DNA of 63,982 nucleotides, filler included, from Perkinsus olseni (lineage: Eukaryota), in NCBI GenBank assembly GCA_013115125.1. It is 3 parts of 3 records of this genome, joined end to end, with 100 filler letters (N's around TTAATTAATTAA, not from the genome) between each part and the next. Parts side by side here need not be neighbours in the genome. Positions count along the whole stretch, not along the records: positions 1 to 24,315 come from JABANN010000509.1; positions 24,416 to 48,700 come from JABANN010000510.1; 1 more part is not named here. One strand, written 5' to 3'. Position numbers and translations under genes: made by a program. The notes beneath the pieces were generated by a model. That model saw nothing but the letters and a program-made list of their open reading frames with translations, had not been told where the DNA came from and did no database searches. Positions within the stretch are counted from its first letter, which is position 1. Every line of letters begins with the position of its first letter. Below, in pieces: positions 13,033 through 25,341 of the stretch.

Positions 13033-14074
13033 ATGGCTGTAGACGCTAGTGACGATGCTTCCACTACTGCTGCTCCCTCGGGACCGTTCATCCTACCAGA
13101 GGCCATAATCATCCGAGACATCATCGTCTTTGGACTCACACCACAGTTCATGAGCCAGCATAGAATAAAAGGTACCTCTGCTGCTTCCTTGATGTATCGA
13201 GGGTAGTCATCAGTCAGATAATAATGTATTCGTTGTGATAGCTCGAAAGAGTAATGCCGAGGCTACAGCGATGGCTATCAACCCTATTACTGTCCGTAGT
13301 ACTCTCTCGGCAGCAGCATCAGAGCCAGTCCGGGTATCAGAGGCACATGCCACTGGAGGCATACGTATAGGGGAACTAGTCATGCCCCTCGAACGTGTTA
13401 GGGAGGACCTGATGGAGTGCCAGTCACGGATACGCTTAGTGCTAGCATGCTTCAGTTCCAGTGTGCTGCTGCCATCAAGGACAATATCACTATGGCAAAC
13501 GGAGGCTATCGATCTCAGCAGCGCCAGTCAGCTGTTCTCTACCATGAGAGACCTCTACCCGGTTGAAGGCACTACTGCAGGGGGAAGAAGGCTCCGCTTG
13601 GGGTGTGCTATCCACATAAGCCCACCGGGAGCAGTCATCCCTCGGCTCACGGAAAATATGCTGTTGCCTGATGATACGGTGGGGGACAGCAGCAGCAGCA
13701 GCAGTGGCATCCATCCCCATGGTGGAGAGTTAGCCTGTGTAAGATGCCTGCCTGGAGCGGAGGGAAGGATGATGTGTAGAGAGTGTCGAGGTAGTCTACT
13801 ACTACCTGTAGGTAACAAGTATTAGCCTAGTAGGTTCGGCCGCACTACGGTGCTTGTCATGCCATGGTATTGCCTTCTTGCCATGCCCCAATTGTCATGA
13901 TAGTTCGGGATTGAAGGTGCTAAGTCTGAGGAAGTGTTTATGATGGCGTTGCTGTCAGCTAAGAGCTGTAGCAGCAGTGAACTCTAACGACTCCTCGGCT
14001 ACAGTGAGAGTAACAGAACGCTGTGAATGCTGTGTTGGCACAGGCGAGGTGTAGTGCCAACCGTTGCCCCTTTG

Positions 14075-14107
<33 letters not shown>

Positions 14108-14232
14108 CCATCTTGTATACTGCCCTCATCAGATGCTGCCCGATGTGCATGGGTGTTGGTGAGCTCCGTTGCCCTCAATGCCTGGGGAAGGGTGATGTGC
14201 CATGTGAGTGTAGAATGAAGTCATTCTTGTGA
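13033..14232 (+). CDS. Hypothetical protein with repeated CxxCxGxG (DnaJ-type) zinc-finger motifs, spliced
   Basis: CVRC, CRECRGS, CLSCHG, CPNC, CECCVGTG, CPMCMGVG, CPQCLGKG and CEC lie in successive exons; ORF 13235-13825. Confidence 0.6.
14077..14106 (+). repeat. (GCT)10 microsatellite, probably intronic
   Basis: Read directly from the sequence. Confidence 0.9.
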
Positions 14233-14299
14233 TTACCGAGACACTACTGCATCGAGTTGGGGAAGGAGGGTGTACTCTCGGCTGTTCCAGTCTTCCAAA

Positions 14300-15522
14300 A
14301 TGCCAAGTATGTCTCGGTCACGCTCACAGTTTCAAGGCACCTCTAGGTTCCTTGCAGCACCCTCATCGTCTGCTGCCCGTGGAGTAGCGGATGATAGATC
14401 CTTTTGGGACTGGTTATTCACCACTGGTTTGGCGATTGGCTCTGTGGTAGCCGTGGTCCTACTCGCCCTCTACGCCCTCTATTACTACCTCGCCTACCGC
14501 TATCATCTCGATGAGTATATACACCCTGGGTGGTGGTGGAAGGTTTTGACTGAATGCCGCTACAGTGGATGTCGTCGTCCTCAAAACAGCAGCGTTTCTG
14601 ATACGGAGGTGTAGTAGTCGCAGTTCAATGAGCGCCGAGGTCTCCTGTGTATGGTAGCTCCCCTCATCCTCGACCGCCTCTCAATCTGATCGACACGCCG
14701 TGCCCTCATCGGCATGCAGTGACACTGGTCAGGCAGGAACTCGGCGGCCAGCTTCCAACGCCAGTGTGGCATTTATAGTACGACTCTCTGACGCCTTCTT
14801 GAGTGACGTGATATAACTGTTGGTCAACTAATGTGTGTAGAGCACTCCCGAGGCGTTGGCGAAAGTCCGACAGGAGCTGTTGCCATTTGCGAGAGAGAAG
14901 TGTGGTCCAGCAGCACTTGCCTTCATCGATGATGATAAGATGATCGCCGATTGCATCTCCACGTAGGCTGCAGAACCAATCGACACAACTGTTGCCCTTC
15001 TTTCCTGCAGATATGGTTTCAGTCCGAACAAGGCGGTTCTTGCCTTGAGAGTTTGGCTCACTTTCCGCTACCCCAAACCTGAGAGAGAGCCTCCTACTAG
15101 GTGGACAGTAGAGCAGGCCAATCCACAGGACGGTTGCTCTTTCCTTAGTGACGAGTGATCCCTCCCATACTGTTCATGAGGCTACGGTTATCTTTAGGTC
15201 GCCGTTCCCTCCCAGACAACGGTCATCACTCGGAGCAATGCCCCTATCTAGGAAATTGTTTCACGAGATAAGGCCAACTCCCCTCGGTTCCGGACGGACT
15301 GGTGGTGCATCAATGGATGGCGTTGGAGCAAGAGTTAAGGTCCCGACAGAGCGGTAGTGTTTGGGTATCACGGAGAACGTGGTTATACTCTGCCTTCGCA
15401 GGGGCTCACCGTGCGTTGTTTCCCCAGCCACTATGGATGGTGATAACGTCAAGTCTGATGATGAGAATAGCAGGAGTTGCGCCGTGGGTGCAATTCGGTT
15501 GGCCTCTCTACAATTTGACTAA
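14300..15522 (+). CDS. Hypothetical single-pass membrane protein, spliced
   Basis: TM segment LAIGSVVAVVLLALYALYYYLAY; downstream GT-AG bounded exons (STPEALAKVRQELLPF..., ...LASLQFD*). No family recognised. Confidence 0.4.
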
Positions 15523-15668
15523 TACATAATTAGTTGTGTCATGTGTGCGGATTGCCTCATCTCCGACGGGAGATCTTTGCGAAGCTTCCAACTCATACGC
15601 TCAGTTTGTGGTTTCTCGGGAGTGAATAATAATGGTGAAATGCTGAAGATGTGCGGTATTTTCTCATC

Positions 15669-15741
15669 TCCGATGTAGTCTAGCTGGTCAGGATTCGTGG
15701 CTCTCACCCACGCGACCGGGGTTCGAGTCCCCGCATCGGAA
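15669..15741 (+). tRNA. tRNA-Glu (CTC)
   Basis: Acceptor TCCGATG/CATCGGA; anticodon arm CGTGG-CTCTCAC-CCACG; T loop GTTCGAG; T-tracts immediately downstream. Confidence 0.97.
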
Positions 15742-16046
15742 CTTTTAGCTTTTTTGCACAACTACCGTGCGACGCTGGGACAATTAGACCATTGCCAAGG
15801 GGCCCATACAACCCTGCGAACCCTGTTGTTTTTCCCATAGTCGCGCTTTAATCGTGTAACGGCTGCGTCAACAGTTGCACTGCAACACGGGGTGAACACC
15901 ACGATGGCGGTCACCCCCGAACCATCGGATCTGTCTACGTTTGTGTCAATGCTAGCCTAGGCTAGCGAACACGAAAATTCGGAAACATATTTCAATCCAC
16001 ACATAGTTACTGTTTAGCTCGTCTTAACACTTCTCCACGACAACAC

Positions 16047-17306
16047 ATGAGCGACAAACAGAGCATCGTGAACGAGTGCGTCCTCGGGCGTCCTGATGGA
16101 TCCTCTCACTTCCGCAGTGTGGTCAATTACTGCCTGATTGCCATCGGTGTCGGCATATTGGCACTACCGAAGGCAATCGCTCAAGCCGGTTGGGTAGTTG
16201 GTGTTCTTCTATTGATATTGGCAGCTGGGCTCGCTCAGTATGCTATGGTCCTGCTGTACAAGAGTATGCGTATGACTGCATCCAATGGTATCTTCCCAAC
16301 CTTCCAAGCTGTTGGTAAAGATGCGTTCGGCGTTGTTGGTATGGCCTTCGTCTCATTCGTGGTGTACCTCGACCTAGTGTTCGTGTGTGCGCTTCTGGTC
16401 ATCCTCGTCGGGGACGGCATGGAGACCCTCGTCCCTTCGGTGGATACCTTCTGGTGGAAGCTCATCTTCACTCTGGTCATGCTTCCTCTCTCTTGGTTGC
16501 CTAGCATGAAGGAAGTAGCATTCGTTTCCGCCATCGGAGTGGGAGCTACCATTGTGACCTGTATAGCCGTCGTGGGAGCCTCGGCTCGTGAGGTTGCCGA
16601 TCCGGTAACCGAGAAGGTTCACAGTGTCTGGCCATTGTCTCTGATGGACGCTGTTGTATCTCTGACCAACTTTTTCTTTGCTTTCACCGTTGCACCGGTG
16701 ATCCCAACTCTAGTAGTTGACATGAAGAAGCCCGAAGATTTCCCCAGAGTGAGTGGTGTCGCTCTGATTGTCATCAGCGCTGTCTTTGCTATCATTGGGT
16801 TCGCTGGTTACCTTGGCTTTGGCACGGATCTCGTCACCTATGCTAACATCAGCGAGGCGATTGCTCACGGTCGGTCTTCCAATGACTGGTTGTTGATCAT
16901 CGTTGAAGCAGCTATCGAAGTAGTTTGCTTCAGTCACTTCCTGGTCATGCTGAACCCTGTTAGTATCGCTGTTGAGGATGTTATCAAGGTGGTCGGTAAG
17001 AAGCAGAGTGTTCCATGGTGGTTGAAGATCCTCGCTCGTTCCGTTCTGGTGTTTTTCTGTTTCGCTATCGCTGTGTTGATCCCAGCATTCAGTAAGCTAG
17101 TGGACCTCATCTCTGCCACTCTCTGTGTATTCCTCCAGTTGCTATTCCCTGTGGGCTTCTACTGGGTCCTCACCAAGAGGAGCGGAGGCAAGGGATATCG
17201 CAACAAGTGGTTCAAGTACGGCGAGTATGCTCTGATGCTATTCTGCGTTGTACTTGGCGTGTTCAGTGGTGTTGTTGGCACATGGTCGGTCATTTCTAGC
17301 TGGTAA
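16047..17306 (+). CDS. Amino acid transporter (AAAP/Aa_trans family), intronless
   Basis: 419 aa ORF with ~11 hydrophobic segments; IGVGILALPKAIAQAGW, FFAF..APVIP..MKKP..F, GFAGYLGFG. Confidence 0.93.
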   Translation: MSDKQSIVNECVLGRPDGSSHFRSVVNYCLIAIGVGILALPKAIAQAGWVVGVLLLILAAGLAQYAMVLLYKSMRMTASNGIFPTFQAVGKDAFGVVGMAFVSFVVYLDLVFVCALLVILVGDGMETLVPSVDTFWWKLIFTLVMLPLSWLPSMKEVAFVSAIGVGATIVTCIAVVGASAREVADPVTEKVHSVWPLSLMDAVVSLTNFFFAFTVAPVIPTLVVDMKKPEDFPRVSGVALIVISAVFAIIGFAGYLGFGTDLVTYANISEAIAHGRSSNDWLLIIVEAAIEVVCFSHFLVMLNPVSIAVEDVIKVVGKKQSVPWWLKILARSVLVFFCFAIAVLIPAFSKLVDLISATLCVFLQLLFPVGFYWVLTKRSGGKGYRNKWFKYGEYALMLFCVVLGVFSGVVGTWSVISSW

Positions 17307-18218
17307 CGACACTAGTCTCTGTCGTCATAGTACAGCATCATTATCATCATTAGATTCGATGTACGTTATCCAATATTGTTCTTATTGCTGCTCTCTCTTC
17401 TCTCGATGTAGCCAAGAGGAGCAGCATAGTCTTCGTCGTAAACTTGACTACTAGACCTGTGTATGGGTCTTAGCGGTCAAATCTGTGGCTATCCTTCCTT
17501 TGCGAGCCTGATAAAGTCGATACCACTGGTCGATTCTGACTCGCCTGTTTTTCCTCATTAAGGTGTTCCAGTGTGACGTCATGAGGGATAGCCACTTGCA
17601 GTGCTCTGTCCTCCAGAGCACTCGCGTCAAACTGACTCTTCTACTGGCGTGGCATCACAACCGTGCTAGTACAGAGTCTCCGGGTTACTCACCATATGTG
17701 TTACCGTAAATCTCATTATTCATGTCGTCTTCCATATCTTTTACCATTGCTGTACCTGATTCATAATAAGTCATAAGTCTAGTCCGATCCCCTAAAAGTT
17801 AGTCAAAGTTGAGGTCAAAAACAAACACGCGTGGAGAGTATTGTGTAGCTGTGTTGTTTATTATGGTCTTCGAAAGTGCTGTGAATAGCACTTGTTGTTA
17901 CTCTACTGCATCACTTCAATGTGACAGCGGTACTTCATTCTGTTTTATTCTCTTCGCAGCAGGGAAGGGTCATCATCGACGGTCAGTGTTCTTCAAAGAT
18001 AGTGGTTATCACGGTATGCACCGTTCCCTTCACTGCTTGTGCTGATAATAAGATGTCCAAGGTTTCACGAGCAGTATTAGGGTTGTGTTGTTATGAAGGG
18101 GGTATGTACACAGTCAGATGCTGAATAGAATTGCCAGTGAAGTGAGGTGATGCGGGTTGGATTTGTCCGTGATAAAAACACCCTCGATGACGCAGCTAGG
18201 ACCTCAAAGGTGGCAGTC

Positions 18219-21200
18219 ATGAGCGGAAGAAGCATGAGAGGGAATATATCGCCGTATGGGGAACGGTTGAGTGAGATTGGTCGGAGGGAAAGGACGAGAG
18301 GATCAGGGCCCCAGCCGCGATTGGTCGGTCGGAGTAGTAGTGCTGCCCAGTAGTCGGGCTTCTGCAGAGTTAATCACGTAACTTAGCGAGATGGTTTACG
18401 TCTTTCAGAAGCTGCCTGCGCTACCTGAGTCGATGAGGAGCCCCAGGGGTAATGATGATAACAATAGCACGACACCGTCTTCAGCGTCATTGGGGGTCGT
18501 GCAGAGACAGCTGGGTAGCCCGTCCTTTTGCATCGATTGGAAGATGACACGCTCCCTTCCTCAGCTGTGACTACTTACAACCTCGAACTCGCAAGACGAC
18601 GAGTTAGTACTCTTGTAGCTGATATAAAGAAGGCGGAAACGGAGCGACGCACCGCTTTCTCTACGGCCGGGCAGAGTCGCAGAAACTCCGTAGGGATTCA
18701 AACGTTCGTCTAGATCGGTGATATCAGATTCATCGGCTCTGATCTGGGGAACAGGCACACGTGAACGGAATGTCTAAGCTCAAAGACAGTCTAGACAGAG
18801 GTTTACACAAGCTCAGCACACTCACTACCGAGAATGATAGAGTGAGGGCGAGGATAACAAAGACGAGGTGATATGGAGCAGCGAGGTATGCCGCTAACCT
18901 GACCTCAGGATGGAGAGAAATGACATGGCCCGAAGTCTCAAGGCGATGAAGGGCGAGCTAGCGCGGACGAGGAAGAGATTAGGAGACGCCACAATTGATG
19001 TTAATACGCAGAATAGAGTGTCGCGTAGTGTGTCCCTCCAACCTACTGATAAGGGCTCATCTTGGTTAGAAAGGGCGAGGCAGCTGACACAGGCGTTGAA
19101 GGCAGAGGTGGAAACCGAACGTGAGGAGTCCTACAGGTTGGTGGGTGAAATCAAAGTAGTACAATGATGATGCCCTCCACGGTCTACCATGTGGACGCCA
19201 GTTGTGGTCTACCTTTATCATTCCTCACCCACCTCAGGGCTCACTCGAGCACGAGTCCCGAGTGCAGCAGAAGGCGAGCACGGGCTCTATCTATGGGACA
19301 TCTAACATGTCCTCAACTATCTTGAGCAACGGGGGCATAGTACGATTATCTGCTACAACGCCTGGTGTTCATTAGAATGTAGTTAGCCGACGGGGAGGCG
19401 GACTTCTCCGAGACCACGTTACAGTGCCGCATATTGAAGTTGGCCCTCTTCAATGCGATACAGAGGAGGCATATACAGCAGCACCTCGCAAAACAAGAGG
19501 TTATCGAGGGAGCCTTTCGAGTCATTAAACAGAGTGAGAATCAGAATGAGAACCTATCTGCTAATCCTCCTCCTCCTGGTTGCAGCTACTGGTATTTCGG
19601 ATGTGGGGGAGATAACGCGGATATTCGTAGAGGTGGAGAAGGACAACTACAGCCTGTTGAAGTATTGAGGAGAGGTCCACTTACTCCAGCAAACCTATAT
19701 CATACTGGAAGGTATATGAATGAAGTACAGCAACAGATTCTACACCTTATACAGGATAATAGGGCATTGGAGCGGTCACTAGGGAGGAGGCAGCACAGAC
19801 GGAGACGGACCGACATACCGTCCGACACGAAAGCTAGCAGACGGGTCACGAGGGACCGTTCCGGGCTACGAGGGACACAGAGTCCCTATTTGCGTGCTCA
19901 GGCTTTAGTTCTTCTCGCTTCTGAGATCAGCAGATCTAGGCAGGCAGTTAATGATGGAAACATCAGGGGGCATATCCTGAGTGATCTAGTGAGATGATAC
20001 TTCTTCATGATCCAACGGCAGATGGACCTCATAGATCACTTACCGCATACAACCCAAAGCGATTCAAGTATTGGAACAGTTGAGAAACCTCACTAGGTAG
20101 GAAGAAGCGGCCTCCGGTAGTAACGCGGCCTTCCCATCGTTCAGGCTCATTGTCCTGACTTCTCTCAATGACGACGGGACAGCCCCAGCTCGTACGATCT
20201 TTGATGTGCTGGAGGAGATTAACGAGGCAAGTGGCGGGCAGCGGCTTCGCTACGGTTGGAACCATGCCATCAGCACCTCCTCCATTTCTCCGAGTATTTG
20301 CCCAGTGACTGCCCACTGAGAAAGCCACTGCATCTCGGGACTGAGGGTGACGAAGTGATGGCAAACGACGGACCAGAATGGTGGAGGCCGGCGTCTTCAA
20401 CAGGCCTCACGCCGGTGGAAGGAGGTAGTGGAGTAGCTTCGGTGAGTGTTCTCAGCCGTGGTGTATTGCCCAGGACCTCGTCGGGCGCCGCTTCTGAGGC
20501 GTATGTCTACGGCGCAAGTGATCAGCAGCAGCAGCAGCAGCCGACTGCTACCGCCCCCGAGAGGGAAAGGCGTAGGAGTTCCTGCTGAGTTGCCCTCAGC
20601 CGCCCGTGTCAATGCTGATTCGGACGAGGAGGACCCTTTTGGTATGAACTACGCGACCCATCCCGAGCTGATGAACTGTCTCCTTGGAAGTTGCCCAGGA
20701 CCATCCACTGACACAAGAGCAGCTACGCCGTCATGTGGTGGAGACTGCGACGGCCCGGAAGAATGGTATTGCTAGGGGATGGAGTTTGGATGTGCCCCGT
20801 AAGCGGCCCTGTTTCATGAACCACTTTCCTGAAATAGCCATCAATTCAGACGGCAAAAGTAGGGACAAAGGTGCGACAACTCGACCGGCAGTGGCGGCGG
20901 TCAGCCCCCGGAGAAGACGAAGACTGGTGAGAACCGCCTGTCTGGATCGTTACCGGCCTACAGCTACGATCTTCGATCCTCCCAGGCTCCGGTCAAACGG
21001 AGTAGCACACATGGAGGGACTGTCCATACAGAAGGAGCCCCACCCGATCGGCAGGTCCTCTCTGAGCGTCCTAAGGTGGGCTGCTGCTGTATGTCTAACG
21101 GAGAGGTTATCCTCAGGGCCGCCATGGACGACGGATACACTACCGAAGGTTAAAGACGGTGGAGCCCGAGACACTGGAAGTCGGAGCCTTAGCTCCGGCA

Positions 21201-21683
21201 TCAGAAGAGATGGTCGGAGACGTAGGGCGGGGAGCAGCCTTCCTCCATGCCCGGAGGGGGTGTGATCGCCTTATGTGTCAGGAGACGGACCCTCCGATCG
21301 CTAGTGAAGAACAGGAGCAGCTCGCTGACGTATCCCATGAGGAGCACCGGAGTCCGAAGGAGCGAGCTGTGGCTGCATTGCTGGCAGCTTATCGGGCTGG
21401 AGAGTTGCAGCCTATCGCTCAGCGTTTTGCATCAGTCAAGGCAAGCTCGACGGAGCCGCCCGTGGTAGCTGCAGGCCTCACCGCTACTACTTCACACTCC
21501 ACACTCAGGACCCTTTCACCAAGCATTACTCCGATAGTTCGTCGTTCGAGTCCTCGTCGGACGAAGAAGAAACATTCGGATAAACATGACCACTCCACGT
21601 GTTTCCTAGTCGGAATATCCTTCGTTGTTGTTGTTGCGTTGCTGCGAGTGCCCCCCTTCATGCCATTCAATGACTATCGGTAA
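18219..21683 (+). CDS. Outer dynein arm docking complex coiled-coil subunit (ODAD1/CCDC114/DC2-like), spliced; 3' end uncertain
   Basis: AFRVIK..TGISDVGEITRIFVEVEKDNYSLLKYMNEVQQQI resembles the ODA-DC core. ELPSA..DSDEED..DHPLTQEQLR, joined by a 49 nt intron (20642-20690), resembles the family C-terminal motif. Confidence 0.65.
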
Positions 21684-21729
21684 CAAGGCACGCAGATAGC
21701 CGACAAGTCACTTGAATGCTGCATGTACA

Positions 21730-23510
21730 TCAATCATGAGTAGAATCGAGCAGAGAATCCGACACTTGAGCAATGCACTCAAACTGTGGCATCCTGGGCT
21801 CCTCTGCCATCCACTTGTTGAACAACCGTCTATTAACACGTCGTGGCCCCTCATCACCATCATCATCGAGAGAGTATTCTTCTTGTGATGAAGGTCGGGT
21901 ATGGGAGTCGAAGAGAAGGCAATCAGCAATGACATCCTCGGATCTATCCCTGTCAGACTCCGGGTATACAGCAGAGCTCCTGTCAGTCAGGGCTATAGCC
22001 TCGAGCTCCTCTATCCGCCTATCGAGGCTACAGGGGCTCACACGGGAGGCAGCCAATATTTCAGAGGAGGAGTGCTCCTCAGGGCCGAAGCGGCAGACAT
22101 CGCGGATGATGCCAGGGGAGCGGGCATATCGATTGGCGGAGCGAGGGCGAGTAGACGGTAGTGTAGTACTGAAGGAGGAGCGATTGGCATGACGTGGTGA
22201 AGGGATGTTACCAAGATACAGAAGCAGCACTGCTTCTATCGGTGACATCAGTCTTGGACGTACGAGGTAGTTGGCGACTGGTATGTGGACGAAAGGTGCA
22301 CTGCTGGAGCTCCTTCTGCTGCAGTTGGCGTCGAAGATACTCCAAACGGCACTCCCTCTCTTGTATGTAATTCTTCCCTCTCTCATACCTGTATGGATAC
22401 CCTCATGCACGGAGCTGCTGCACTATGCTCACAACGCAGCAGTGCTGTTGCTTGGCGTCCTGCGTGGCGCCGATGTCCTCTGTGCATTCCTTGCGGACTG
22501 GCATGATGATTCGGGATTGGGTTCCAAGTGATGGCACGGTTGGTGTTGCCTTTTTAGGGCCTCTATCTTACGGGCAGACAATACCTTTTGTTGCTCCATA
22601 CGTGTAAGGAAGGATCTGAGGGCCTCCAATCATCCTGGGTACCGTCCCAATGCTCATGTCATTCGTACTGAATCCTATCGTTCAGTTGTCTTCGTTGTTC
22701 TCCCTTTGCTGAGGTCGTTTGCCCAAGCTCGACGGACGAAGCGTCCATCGATAGATATGATAGCCTTCCATTGTGCCTCAGTCTATCCGCCGCATAATGG
22801 CGTGAACCGCTGACCCGGTCTCCGATCGAGCCCTGCCGTCTATCGCTCAATACTGGACGGGTGAGGAGCGCGGTTCGATCCCGACCTTTCCCGTCTCTAC
22901 TAAGATCCCGTCGTGCCGGAGTTCTGCGCTCATATATCAACTTTGAGTCGCTCTTGGGCGGGGTTTTCGGAGACGGACCACTATTAACAGGAGTACTCGA
23001 TGCTATACGAGGTATCATCGATGTTGATGCCGTTGCGGTCTCTGACTGAACCTCCGATGCTTCACTCACGTCCCCTCGCTTATCGGAGTGCTGTGAGCTG
23101 TTGGGCGTGTGCATGAATCGTGGTATCGGCGGGAAGGCCGGAAGATATGAGTCTTCCTCTCTTGCCGAGCTAGCTGTGTCAGCATACGATACTTGGTGAA
23201 GTCTGATGATGAACGGTGATGTCAGGAATGATGAGATGATTACGACGCGAGAGGATGGATAGTTGCTTGCCAGTTGCACACGATGCTACCTGTTCTCCTC
23301 ATCCACCTTGCCTTCCGATGGGCCATACCTTCCACCACTCTCATCATACAACCGAGGCTTCCTGTCGAGAGCGACAGAGCTCGTAGTGCTCGAATGGACA
23401 TGAGGCATATTCGTTGGAGTGGCACTCCCACGTGGATCCTCTCCACGTGATACCCTCGACTGTCTTGTTCGACTAGGCCGGAATCGTGGCGGTGGCCTTG
23501 GAATGGTCAT
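21730..23510 (-). CDS. Hypothetical low-complexity/coiled-coil protein, spliced
   Basis: Chain of minus-strand ORFs (23286-23525, 22659-23279, 22429-22629, 21730-22410) with splice-site boundaries and heptad segments. Confidence 0.5.
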
Positions 23511-23708
23511 AACTTCAATATGCAACTTCTGTAAACACGCCGGCTGCCAGTCGGTCCTGTTGCCGTTAACTTATCCGCTCCTGCTTAGGTTGCCCCAAAA
23601 TTCCCATATTCAGAACTAATCACACCCAACAGATGCCTCAGTGATGATGATGATGATGATGAAAAATACGAGGAGTGCTAGACTCTGCCCTGATGTATCC
23701 AGTACCAC

Positions 23709-24158
23709 TCAATCATCCTTCCCTCCCTTTACAGGGAGGAACTTCACAGGATTGCGGTTGAATGCGGGCCACGATGGGAGTGTTATCTGATAAGGTTAAC
23801 ACTTAGTACCCACTACTGAAGTGGCCGGATACAGGATGTAGGCCAGGAAGCAGGTCCCATATTATTACCACTGTAGCCAAGACCGTTCCGGCCGAGAGGA
23901 TGTAGAAGGTGTAGAGGAATCGCTGCACAGCATACCTACTAAGGTACATTAGTATAATAGCCGTGGATTGTGATGTTTTACCCACAGAAAAATCCAATAA
24001 TACCACTCATGATAATCAGCATTAGCTGGATATAGAAGGCTTTCCTCTGACCTTCATAATCCTGATCATCATCGTCATCATCAATCGACCATAACAGACT
24101 CTGCCTGTTCTACCATCTTTCCCTCCTTCAAACACCGGAAGAATGATACGATGCCCAT
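23709..24158 (-). CDS. SPCS1: Signal peptidase complex subunit 1 (SPC12), 4 exons
   Basis: Spliced translation MGIVSFFRCLKEGKM|DYEGQRKAFYIQLMLIIMSGIIGFFCG|YAVQRFLYTFYILSAGTVLATV|ITLPSWPAFNRNPVKFLPVKGGKDD* has the MDYEGQ and P.WP.FNRNP signatures and two TM helices. Confidence 0.9.
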
Positions 24159-24315
24159 GACGTGGATCCTTTCTATACACGGGTAAAAACACTAAAAAGA
24201 TTACGACTACGATGGATGAGACCCGTCGAGCGCGGAAGCGTGCCCATCAACTTTTCGCTGCCACTAATTCGCTCGCCCCGGCCACTTTTTCGCTACGCCT
24301 AGCCACTAATCCACT

Positions 24316-24415
24316 NNNNNNNNNNNNNNNNNNNNNNNNNNNNNNNNNNNNNNNNNNNNTTAATTAATTAANNNNNNNNNNNNNNNNNNNNNNNNNNNNN
24401 NNNNNNNNNNNNNNN
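24316..24415. other. Assembly gap/contig join with artificial TTAATTAATTAA spacer (24360-24371)
   Basis: N runs flanking an all-frame stop linker. Confidence 0.97.
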
Positions 24416-25341
24416 CAATTCTGCCTTCTCCGCCCAATGAGCTCTGTGGTCTTGAGTTTACACGAGTGCGTAGCAAAGCGGGATTGTACTGATGGTCTCC
24501 AACATATCACTGTTGTTTTTCCTTTCCGCCTCAGAAACATCGCTCAGGAAGATCGCGAAACGCCCATCTGGGTTGGGTTTGTCGTTGATTGAATAGAGCT
24601 CACTGATGGCACCAGGTGCTCCCCATTTTATGAATCATTTCTCGACTGTGGAGGATATCCCCGAGAAAGAGAGTTGTTAGTGATCAGTAGTCGCTCCTTC
24701 GGGTTGATAAGACTGAGATTGATTGGTATTCTGACCACTGACGCATTGCTGTTACTCTTCTTACATCAAGCATCTCTGTAATTTAGGGATCTTCACATGC
24801 AAATCATATCCAAGAACAGGTTCTTGATCTTAGGACTCGGCGGAAACTCGCTATTCGACACTCGCTATTCGACGGTCGTCTCCCGCTCCCATGTCTACGG
24901 ACGTTTCTGGGCACAAATATTCAATCGGATGATCCAACGGCAGAGGGCCGATCTCTCAATCGTAGTGTCGTAGGTCCGACGCTCATATTTGGCGCCTCCC
25001 GCTGCGAGAACAGCAAAGGAAGTGTAACGGCCAGGCATTCCCACACGACGTAAAGTGACTCTTCAAAACGAGCATCGCCGATGGCAAAATTCATCATTAT
25101 GAAGCCATCATCATCAGTGTAATCATCATGACAAATTGCTATGATAAAGCAGAATGACTTCATTCTATAAAGCATGCTTCAACGCATGATTCTTCACACA
25201 TGCGTTCGGAAAGTCAAAGAAAAGACCCGCCGAGCAATAGTCAATTCCGCGTTTAAAACACCCACTGTCGAGTCCGGCATCGTTGCTAATCATGAGCTAC
25301 TCCGTATCTTAGGTCGACCCTAGGAAAATATAAGGAAGCCA

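Noticed and set aside
24360-24371. TTAATTAATTAA palindrome (also 48745-48756)
   Set aside because: Artificial assembly linker inside N runs; adjacency across it is not reliable.
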